Source: Octopus vulgaris
Taxonomy: Eukaryota
Reading direction: 5' to 3'
Assembly: GCA_951406725.2 (NCBI GenBank)
Contig: OX597837.1
Coordinates: 7,378,001-7,442,000, forward strand
Length of the DNA: 64,000 nt
The notes below the pieces were generated by a model. The model was not told where the DNA came from, did not search any database, and was given only the letters and a program-made list of their open reading frames with translations. Positions within the stretch are counted from its first letter, which is position 1; every line of letters starts with the position of its first letter. Of the stretch, positions 52,790 to 64,000 are shown piece after piece. A program made the position numbers and the translations under genes.

Positions 52790-53640
52790 TTGACCAGAAA
52801 TTTCAGGTGGGTGGGGGGGGGTCTAAGTCGATTACATTGATCCCCAGCACATAACTGGTATTTATTTCATTGAGCCCAAAAGGACAAAGGGCAAAGTTAA
52901 TCTTGGTGGAATTTGAACTCAGAATGATGAGCTACTAAGCAGTTTACCTGGCATGCTAATGATTCTGCTAGCTTGCCACCTTTAATAATAATAATAATAA
53001 TAATAATAATGATCCTTTCTACTATAGGCACAAGGCCAGAAATTTGAGGGGAGGGGACAGAGTCAATTACATTGACCCCGGTGTTTCACTGGTACTTAAT
53101 TTATCGACCCTGAAAGGATGAAAGGTAAAATCGACCTCAGCAGAACTTGAACTCAGAACAGGCCACCATTTCTTATATTCTCCCTGAGCCAACTTGGAAC
53201 ATTCTGCAACCTGGAACCATGTGGTTCTGAGTTCAAATTCCAACAATGTCAACTTCGCCTTTTGTCCTTTTGGGATTGATGAAATAACTTCAGGGCTAGC
53301 ATTGGGGTCGACGCTAACTGGCTAGACCCCAACCACGAAATTCAGGTTGAATCACAGAAATTCACAACTGGTACTTATTTAATCGACCCCAAAAGGATGA
53401 AAGGCAAAGTTGACCATGGCAGAATTTGAACTCAAAACGTAAGGACAGATGAAATGAATAATATTAATAATAATAATAATCCTTTCTACTTTTGGCACAA
53501 GGCCTGAAATTTGAGGGGCAGGGTATGTCGATTACATCAACCCCAGTGGTCAAATGGTATGTATTTTGCTAACCCCAGAAGGATGAAATGCAAAGTGGAC
53601 CTTGGCGGAATTTGAACTCAGAATGTAAAGACGGATGAAA
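52790..53640. mobile_element. Cluster of five SINE family B copies or fragments in mixed orientation
   Basis: Minus copies at ~52790-52981, 53012-53160, 53366-53455 and 53480-53640; plus copy at ~53220-53345; (TAA)n spacers. Confidence 0.85.
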
Positions 53641-54474
53641 GGATTAATAATAATAATACTAATAATACTACTACTACTAATAATAATAATTATAATACTA
53701 ACAATGTCTAACTGATGCTTAATGCCACAAATCTTTAAGCAGACAGGTGGGATGGGGGAGGGGTTGTGGGGGATGCAGGGTGGTCGCCTATATCATCACT
53801 CAATACTTGGCAGGTACCTTGTGTAAATCCACCCCCTGGGGACAAAATGGTGAAGTGAAAACAAAATTTTAAAAATCCCAGACGGGAGAAAAACAGTCGT
53901 TTGATAACGACAGTGTTAACGATTCCATTAAATCATTCTGAATTCCAGATTAGTTTTTAATTAAAACACAAAGACGATGCGTATTTCATTAGTAACATGG
54001 TCACGAAAGAAGATACAAAAAAAAACCAAAGTTAAATCCTTCATCTCCTACCACAAACCCACCCAACACACACACACGGAGTTCTATATAATTAATGGTA
54101 CCGCTGTTCGCCGTTCCAAAGACACGAAGAACTGAAGATGTAAAAGCATCATTTCTCAAAGAACAAAGGGAGATAAACTACACCAGAGTAAAGACACGTC
54201 TCTCTTTCTTTCCTTCCTTCTCTTTCTCGCTCTCTCTCTCTGTTTCTTACCTTCGCTTTCTCTCTTGCACTTTCTCTCTCTAAGATGGTAAGCAGTAAGA
54301 GTGACGATGGGAGGAGAGAACTCCAGAGAATCGGACGAATGGAAGAGCAGATAACTTTGCCAAATTATCTGATAGATTAATTGCATGTGTGATGTGTATG
54401 CATCTATATACACAGGGTACTATGTCTTGTGTCTGTCTGTCTTTCTGTCTGTATGTGTGTGTGTGTGTGTGTGT

Positions 54475-54537
<63 letters not shown>

Positions 54538-54632
54538 ACATAAATGTGTGTGTGTATATAGATATATGCAAATATATACATATATGTATACACACACTTC
54601 TACTGTGAATTAACATACACACATATAAACAG

Positions 54633-54669
<37 letters not shown>

Positions 54670-55018
54670 TAAATAGATATATAGATATATATATAGATGT
54701 ATGTATAACATGTACATTCTATAACATAAACAAATATACAAATGTATGTACAGTTATATGGAAACATATTTGTACATGTATTAATGTATGTGTACCTGTG
54801 TGGGGAATAGATACTAGTAGACATGACATGGTGCATTTTAATTTGCCTAAACGAAGCATATATTAATTAAGAGTGCATGAGAACTAATTAAGTTGATGAT
54901 CACTAATTTGGCAATTGTCCTTGCTATTAAGCAGAATCAAATTCAGATAGAGATTGACAGGAAATATGCAAAATTTACCTCAAAGTATTGTCTGTGTACA
55001 CGTATGCAAGCACACACA

Positions 55019-55081
<63 letters not shown>

Positions 55082-55187
55082 GGGCTCCTAAATTAGGATG
55101 CCGAGTGCTACCCTTCTTGTTTATATTCTTGTTTATATTCGTATATATATATATATATATATATTTCCTTATTTATTTATACACATA

Positions 55188-55348
55188 GGCACAGGAGTGG
55201 CTGTGTGGTAAGTAGCTTGCTTCCCAACCACATGGTTCCAAGTTCAGTCCCACTGTGTGGCACCTTGGGCAAGTGTCTTCTACTATAGCACAGTCGACCA
55301 AAGTTTTGTGAGTGGATTTGGTAGACGGAAACTGAAAGAAGCCCGTCG

Positions 55349-55385
<37 letters not shown>

Positions 55386-55609
55386 ATGTATGTATGTGTT
55401 TGTGTGTTTGTCCTCCATCCCTAACATCGCTTGACAACCGATGCTAATGTGTTTACATCCCCATAACTTAGTGGTTGGGCAAAAGAGAGTGATAGAATAA
55501 GTACTAGGCTTACAAAGAATAAGTCTTGGGGTCAATTTGTTCGACTAAAGGCGGTGCTGCAGCATGGCCACAGTCAAAATGACTGAAGCAAGTAAAAGAA
55601 TGAAAGAAT
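55188..55609 (+). mobile_element. SINE family A, full length
   Basis: Head ggcacaggagtggctgtgtggtaag through tail agtaaaagaatgaaagaat. Confidence 0.92.
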
Positions 55610-55664
55610 ATACACACACACACACACACATATACACACATTATATATACATATATATACATAC

Positions 55665-55702
<38 letters not shown>

Positions 55703-55838
55703 TTATATATATACAAATAAATACACACATATGTATACGCATACACATCTTTATATATATATATGCATGTGTGTATGTATATATATGTAAATATCTATAG
55801 TACATGCCTCTGTTTGTGTGTGTGTACATGCTATACAT

Positions 55839-55883
<45 letters not shown>

Positions 55884-56272
55884 CACATTCACTTGAGCAT
55901 GTAGCAAACACACTCAACCATGTCACAATTGTAACAAGGTGATAACAGCTGGACATAATACAACCACCACCACCACCACCACCACCACCATCATTATTAT
56001 TACTATTATTATTATCATCATCATTATTATCAGTTACACCATAGAGGTGAGAGGCCTTGCAGTGAGTCGTGGTGTAACCATTGTCTATGCACAGCTGTGT
56101 GCATTGGTATACAATTGCAGGTATGTGTGCGTGTCTGTGAGCTATGGTTCGAGTATGTGTTTGTCTGTGTTTGTACACATGTGTCTAGGTGTGTTTGTAT
56201 GTCTATGTGGACAGGTGGTGAATGGTGAATATAGGTAAATGTGAAATAGGTGAAAAGAAAACCTCACAGCCA

Positions 56273-56310
<38 letters not shown>

Positions 56311-56416
56311 CTATATACACACACACAATTATATATATATCTTTAAATATGTATATGTATATATATATATATATGTGTGTGCTTGTGTATGTGCATATAT
56401 ATATATATATATATAC

Positions 56417-56448
<32 letters not shown>

Positions 56449-56665
56449 AGGTAGCTGGGGGAGATACACACATACATGCATACAGAAATATATACACACA
56501 CATACATTCATATGCATAAATGCTACAGTGAGTAGGCAATGCACTGACTGACCTTTGCACATATATATACATATATATATATTATACATAAATATATATA
56601 TGTGTATATATATATGTGTGTGTGTGTTTGAGTGTGTGTGTATATATATACGCATAAGAATACAT

Positions 56666-56697
<32 letters not shown>

Positions 56698-57364
56698 ATG
56701 CATACATACACACATGAATCCTTGTATGATACAACAATATATACTTTGTATGTATATGCGTGTATATATATATATATACATGTGAAGCAGGGTGTGTACT
56801 AATGTGCGCACATACATATGATGAGCGTATATGCAAGTATATATGCATGTGTATGTGCGTACGCATGCATGCATGTTTGCATGTAAGAGAGGAACTAATC
56901 CATTCCACTCTTAAAAGACTGCCCGCATTCCATGCAGCCCCAAAAAAAGATGAATTCTATCTCAAGCTGTGAAATAACCTAGTTTTCTTATGAATGGAAC
57001 TCTTGCAACAAGCTTGAAATATTAAAGGAAGACAATGGACTGAGTTGTCTGGAAGAATAAAAAAAAAAAGAAAAGAAAAGAAAAGAAGAGAGAAAGAGTG
57101 AGAAAATTAATTTCTATCCATTTTCAAAATGCTGCATTATAACGGTTTCTAATTAATTTTGTTTTGCTCTGATTTTAGTTGGGTTCTTGTTTTGTTTTTA
57201 ACATATACACAATGATTGTAACTATGAACACATACATACATACATTCTTATATACATACATACATACATACATATAAACATACATACAGATGTATTCAAC
57301 CAAGCATAGACAGATAAACATACATTTATGCCTATATATGTGTGTATCTATGTGTGTGTATATG

Positions 57365-57408
<44 letters not shown>

Positions 57409-57619
57409 CATACGCATACATATATATCTAGACAGACACATATGCCTATATATCTGTGTATGTGTATTTATGAGTATGTATGTATTTTTACATACACACC
57501 TGTCTACATACATATACATAGATGAATATGTGTATGTGTGCATGTGTAACAAGTATACATGCCTACAAGTGTGCATACATATACATACAATTCTCCATAT
57601 ATATTTATGTGTATGTGTA

Positions 57620-57677
<58 letters not shown>

Positions 57678-58555
57678 CATATATATGTGTGTAATCAAAG
57701 TCTTCGGTAGTTGCTACTTGTTGCAACTACATTTGATTCTGGTGTCATGGCAGATGAGAAGATTGCTATATTTGTCCTTTTCTATTCATCTTATCTAAGT
57801 TCCATTTTGATTTTTCTTATGCACACATGTCAATATATATAAAAGCTTTCAACTCCTATGTTTGTATGTATACATAAATGCATGTGTCTGTGTGTACACA
57901 TACAACCACAGAAGCTAAAATTTCATAAATCCTTTCACCAAAGTGTAATTCAATGTTACTCCTTTTATCTCAAGACAAGAATGTCTTAAGCCAAAAAAAA
58001 AAAAAATCTGAAATACTGGATAGATGCAGGCATGTTTCAAAATTCCTACTCTTCAACTATATACTATCAAACAGAAAAGTTCAGAAACAAGTAGATTATG
58101 AATCTTACAAACTCTGCTTTGGAAGATTCAGGTAATTCTGAGTTATTTCCCTTGCACAAGATTTGCCTTGTTTTTAGCCAAATTTTATTGCTGTTTTTTT
58201 TTTCTTCTTTCTCTCTTTTCTATTCTGTTCTCACAGATATAAATATCATTTCTAAGCAACTTCAGTGTTTCCTTGTCTTGATATCACATGACTATTGTTA
58301 AAATGAATGCCATTCGTTTCAAACATTCTGCAAAAATGTGTTTAGTTATGGGGAAACATTACCTTGCTTTGAAACAAGTGGTGGCGTTTATGACAGGAAA
58401 GGCATCCAGGCTGTAGAAAAATAAACTGCCTCAATAGACTTTGTCTGATCCATGATGATGATGGTGAAATAAATAAATGCGGTGGAGAAAAAGCATTCAC
58501 ACAAGTACACACTCACACTAAAAAGAATGTTTGTTCATTATTTTTGTATTTTCCT

Positions 58556-58900
58556 GTCTTTTATTTTTTTACCTGTTTCAGTCATTAGACTGTGGCCATG
58601 CTGCAGCACCACCTTGGAGAATATTTCAGTCAAATGAACTGACCCCAAAGTAGTTTTTTTTAAAAAAAACTCGTCACTCTTTTTCTATCTGTCTCTTTGG
58701 CCAAACCACTAAGTTACGGGGACATAACCACACTAACACACACACAAATGACATCTTTCAGTTGACCTGTACCAAGTCCACCCACAAGGCTTAGTTTGGC
58801 CCAAAGCTATAGAAGAAAGCGCCTGTCCCAGGTACGACACAGTGGAACTGAACCCGGAACCATGTGGTTGGGAGGCGAGCTTCTTACCGCACAGCCACGC
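58556..58900 (-). mobile_element. SINE family A, diverged
   Basis: tgtttcagtcattagactgtggccatgctg...actgaacccggaaccatgtggttg. Confidence 0.75.
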
Positions 58901-58966
58901 ATTTCTTTTTGTTTTTTCCTTCTTTGTCCAGTGACTGACCAATTCATTATTTTGTTTAATATATAC

Positions 58967-59030
<64 letters not shown>

Positions 59031-60235
59031 TCACACATCCTGAGCATCAGAAAATTGGTCATGTGACTGACAACACTTGTAAATTTCTCTTGACCTAGTC
59101 TTGGCTTAGACTGGGCTGCGGTCCATCAAAAAAAAAAACGCCTACATTCAATACATGCCCATACACACACACACACTCGGAGAGAGAGAGAGGTGGGGGA
59201 AATGGTGGAGGATCATTACAATAAATAACATACACACACACGCACACATACGGAAGCTTATTAGAAAATTATTCTTGCTACGCACGCACACACACACTCA
59301 CATAGGAATAGACTGTAAACAAGCACACACACACATGCGCACGCACAGACACACACATAGGTTTATTACTAAAGCAGCCCTCTGACACACACACACACGC
59401 ACACACAAATCTACATATATGTTGCAAGCATATACATACCCAAATTTTCCTACACACAACACACACATACATGCATGTACTCATACCTGCAGATACATAT
59501 ATACATACACTTCTGTACAAGCCTGCTGAGCTGTGCACACACACACACACATACACACACGTGTGTGTAAACACCTCCATACAAACCTATACACGTACAT
59601 ACATTGGCATCTGTCCATCAGAAAATTGTTCATTACAATACAGAACCACACACACACACACATTCATAATTATTAAAAGCCACAAGCTCTATAGTGCACA
59701 AACACACTTGCAGGTCATAGACATGCACACACACACACACAGTCACCCCATCTCACTCAGACACACAGAGAAACACTTTGGCATCAAAATACACATACAT
59801 ACACACACAGCCAATCAATCTCGCTCTTTCTCTCTCTTTCTCAGTAGCTATCTATCTATATATCTATCTACATCTATCTACCTATCTATCTATCAATCTA
59901 TCTATCACTGACTATTTCTTTCTCCCTTTATCTATCTAGATCTATCAATCTATCTATCACTGCCTCTCTCTCTCTCTTTCTATTTGCCTATCAATCATTC
60001 CATTTCTGATTATCTTATCTCTCTCTCCCTAGCAATCCATCTCTCCCTATCTATATTTATCTACCTCCCACATAGCACTCTACAACTCAACCAATTTTAT
60101 TAAGCATTAAGAGGAAATAATAAGAAATTATGGTCGGATATTGATCCAGAATTCCTTAACAATATCTTTTGTAGCATCTTTCTTCCTCCCACACGGCATC
60201 TACTGGCAATTGCAAAAGGTACCATTCACAAGTGG

Positions 60236-60285
<50 letters not shown>

Positions 60286-60289
60286 TACC

Positions 60290-61017
60290 CTTTTATTTGT
60301 TTCAGTCATTTGACTGTGGCCATGCTGGAGCACCGCCTTTAGTCAAGTAAAATTAACCCCAGGACTTATTCTTTGTAAGTCTGGTACTTATTCTATCTGT
60401 TTCTTTCGCTGAACAGCTAAGTTACAGGGACATAAACACACCAGCATCAGTTGTCAAGCGATGTTGGGGGGACAAACACAGACACACAAACACACATATA
60501 TATATATATATATATGCATATACATATATATACGACAGGCTTCCTTCAGTTTCAATCTACCAAATCCACTCACAAGGCTTTGGTCAGCCCGAGGCTATAG
60601 TAGAAGACAGTGGAGGCGCAGTGGCCCAGTGGTTAGGGTAGCGGACTCGCGGTCATAGGATCGCGGTTTCGATTCCCAGACCGGGCGTTGTGAGTGTTTA
60701 TTGAGCGAAAACACCTAAAAGCTCCACGAGGCTCCGGCAGGGGATGGTGGTGATCCCTGCTGTACTCTTTCACCACAACTTTCTCTCACTCTTACTTCCT
60801 GTTTCTGTTGTACCTGTATTTCAAAGGGCCGGCCTTGTCACTCTCTGTGTCACGCTGAATATCCCCGAGAACTACGTTAAGGGTACACGTGTGTCTGTGG
60901 AGTGCTCAGCCACTTACACGTTAATTTCACTAGCAGGCTGTTCCATTGATTCAGATCAACCAGAACCCTCGTCGTCGTAACCGACGGAGTGCTGCCATAG
61001 TAGAAGACACTTGCCCC
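60290..61017 (-). mobile_element. SINE family A interrupted by a family E insertion
   Basis: Family A sequence stops at 60609 and resumes at 60997. Confidence 0.88.
60610..60996 (+). mobile_element. SINE family E, tRNA-derived, full length, young
   Basis: A box tggcccagtgg, B box gtttcgattcc; perfect 13-bp TSD atagtagaagaca at 60597-60609 and 60997-61009. Confidence 0.9.
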
Positions 61018-61028
61018 ATATATATACA

Positions 61029-61171
61029 CAGGGTGTTCAAAAAGTCTTTCCACAGTAAGTAATTTATTGCAAAATAAATATTTATAAGATGGTATAAGAC
61101 TACAAAAGAATATATTAGACTTTACAAGACTTTAAAAAACTTCAGTGCGGAGAGACTTTTTGAACACCCTG
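61029..61171. mobile_element. Tc1/mariner-type MITE, 143 bp
   Basis: ~28-bp TIR cagggtgttcaaaaagtctYtccRcaSt; TA on the right, CA on the left. Confidence 0.85.
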
Positions 61172-61239
61172 TATATATATATGTGTGTGCATGTGTATTT
61201 ATATATATATATATATATATATATACATACACACACACA

Positions 61240-61420
61240 TGGCTGGTGCTGTGTAAAGTGTGTTGGTGCCACATAAGAAGCACCCAGTACACTTTGTAAA
61301 ATGGTTGACATTACGAAGAGCATCCAGCTGTAGAAACCTTGGCAAACAGACAATGGAACTCCTGTCAAACCGTCCAACCCATGACAACATGGGAAATGGA
61401 CATTAAATACTGAGGATGAT
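61240..61420 (+). mobile_element. SINE family C, diverged
   Basis: aagcacccagtacact...catccagctgtagaaacc...ccgtccaacccatg. Confidence 0.75.
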
Positions 61421-62785
61421 TATATATAACACACACATACACATACACACACACTAGCGTAATCGATGTAAGAATTAACACTGCATTACCAACAGTTTCA
61501 TGGGAATTAAAAAAACCCAATTAATTTTCACACAATACAAGACCAGTTTCAGTCCATGGAGACACTGTTGGGAAACTATTAGTAACAATGCGTTAATCCA
61601 TAAATTAGCATATATCATCACCTTTATCTGTTTAGCAGCTATTGTCCATCTTGGCACGAGTTGGACAGTTCAAGAGGAACCAACAAGCCAGAGCAATGCA
61701 CAAAATTCCAGTATCTGCTTTATAATGTTTTCCACCGCAGGATGCTCTTCCTAATGCCAACCACATTACATAATGTAGTGGGTACTGTTTTTTTCATGGC
61801 ACTGGTACCACAATTACAGGTGTAGCTGTGCAGTTTAGAAGTTTGCTTCCCAGTGACATGGTTTCGGGTTCAATCCCACAGCATGGTAGCTTGGCCAATT
61901 TTCTCTAACTCTAGCCCCAAGCTGACAAAAGTCTGGTGAATGGATTTGGGAGATGAAGACTGAAAGATGACTATTATTTATATGTATAAGGGTGTGTGGG
62001 AGAGAGGTGGCCAAACCACTACATCCAGTTGGTAAATGTATAACACTACAAACATACAAAAACACATAGCCACACATATATACATGCACATATGCACACA
62101 CGTTGACTCTGGCCATAAGTCACAGCTAAGGATAACATGAAGGCAGGTCTCATGCTTTTTGTAATTTGTTTTTGGTGTGCCTGTAGTCGCAAGCTGAGAG
62201 AGAGACACCCCTGTCTGCCCTTCCAACCTTGACCCACCAGGACAACACCCACACGGTAGAGAAGAGAGAGAGATAGAGGGAATGAGTGAGAGACAAGGAA
62301 GGGGGAAGAGTGAGAGTGGATGAGAGGAGGGGGGAGAGGGGAGAGGGGGGAAATGTGGGGTGAGAAACAGTCAGAGAGGGAGAGGAAGAAATGGAGAATG
62401 AGAGAGAGGAGAATGAAGGGGAGAAAGCGGGAGGGTGGCAGGGAAGGGGTGATAGGGAAGGAAGAGAGAGGGAGGTGAGAGGGAGAGGAGAAGGGGAGAG
62501 GAGGAGGGAAGAGAGAGATATGAAGAGGGCAGCATCAGCCCTGGGCTGGTACTTTATTTATCAAACTCTGAAGGAATGAAAAGCAGAGTTGATGTTGGCA
62601 AGATTTGAACTCACAATACAGAGATCCAGGTAATACACTGCAACACAATCTTTTCGTCACTCTAAAAACTTTGCCACTTACCCCTATGTATGTATGTGTA
62701 TGTATGTATATGTATGTATGGATATATATATGTCTGTAGGTAATTGTGAATATGTGTCCTTTAAGTATGTATTTAATAAATGTGT

Positions 62786-63190
62786 CTCTTTCTCTTTTAC
62801 TTGTTTCAGTCATTTGACTGCGGCCATGCTGGAGCACCGCCTTTAGTCGAGCAAACCGACCCCGGGACTTATTCTTTTGTAAGCCCAGGACTTATTCTAT
62901 CGGTCACTTTTGCCGAACCACTAAGTTACGGGGATGTAAACACACCAGCATCGGTTGTCAAGCAATGCTAGAGGGATGAACACAGACACACAAACACACA
63001 CACATATATATATATATATACATATATACGACAGGTTTCTTTCAGTTTCAGTCTAACAAGTCCACTCACAAGGCTTTGGTCGGCCCGAGGCCATAGTAGA
63101 AGACACTTGCCCAAGGTGCCACACAGTGGGACTGAACCCGGAACCATGTGGTTGGTAAACAAGCTACTTACCACACAGCCACTCCTGCGC
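62786..63190 (-). mobile_element. SINE family A, full length, young
   Basis: Highly similar to 50134-50541. Confidence 0.92.
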
Positions 63191-63824
63191 ATGTGTGTGT
63201 GTATGTATGTGTGTGTGCATGTACATTAATGAGTATATATATTGACTGAGTCAGTGATTAATGAACATGTGTGTATACTTGTGTGTGGTTAATGAGTATG
63301 CGTCTTTAATTAATGTGTGTATGTCTATGTGTGCAGATGGGTATGTATGTTTAATAATGATATATGTGTTTAATAAAAGTGTGTGTGTGTGTGTTTAATG
63401 ATTATGTGTGTCTATGGGGTGTACCTAATAAGATATATAGTAAATGAAATAAAGGCCAGCCACCTCTAATAAATAAATAGACGAGCCAAGAGACAGCAAT
63501 ATTAATTAACGAACAACCTAATACAATGGAGTCACTCCATGATTACGACCACCACCATTATTATTATCCGTGGCTGTTTAATACCGACCGTTGTTCGGTT
63601 AAAAACACCGAGATGGCAAGTGGCTGAGATATACGAGATACATCACATTGTCATACAGTTGCCATGTAATATGTGTATGTGTGTGTATATGTGTGTGTGT
63701 ATATATATATGTGTGTGTGTGTATATATATATATATGTATATATACATGTGCGTATATATACATATATATATATATATGTATATATACATATGTGTGTAT
63801 ATATATATATGTGTGTATATGTAC

Positions 63825-63876
<52 letters not shown>

Positions 63877-64000
63877 ATATACTTGTTGCTAAATTGAGAA
63901 GGTCAACACGTATTTCATATCATGAATTTTGAATTTTAAGTTTTTAATTTTGATGAAGAAAAACAGATTTTATTTTTCATAATGTAATTAATTGCTTTAT

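Noticed and set aside
57693-57738. Hairpin gtagttgc/gcaactac with outer aatcaaa/tttgatt
   Set aside because: Short stems with a large asymmetric bulge; expected by chance in AT-rich DNA.

Overview
AT-rich animal genomic DNA, dense in microsatellites and transposons, with no protein-coding gene I can recognise. The SINE sequences match my recollection of Octopus (coleoid cephalopod) repeats; that assignment is from memory, not a search. Nearly all listed ORFs are microsatellite translations. Supportable content: at least six tRNA-derived or SINE-like families (labelled A-F here), decayed L1/Tx1 and RTE-type LINE fragments, mariner/Tc1, hAT and piggyBac-type non-autonomous DNA elements (several with target-site duplications, TSDs), and several minisatellites. 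Most interesting: (i) short, mostly microsatellite-embedded elements carrying minimal hammerhead-ribozyme-like motifs of the Penelope type with non-canonical cores, one fused to a Pol III tRNA-like head; (ii) a perfect 108-bp inverted repeat at 40804-41035; (iii) modular SINE shuffling, nesting and a probable local inversion; (iv) a few CpG-retaining unique islands that may be regulatory or 5'-exonic. Coordinates were read by eye and the ends of diverged repeats are approximate.
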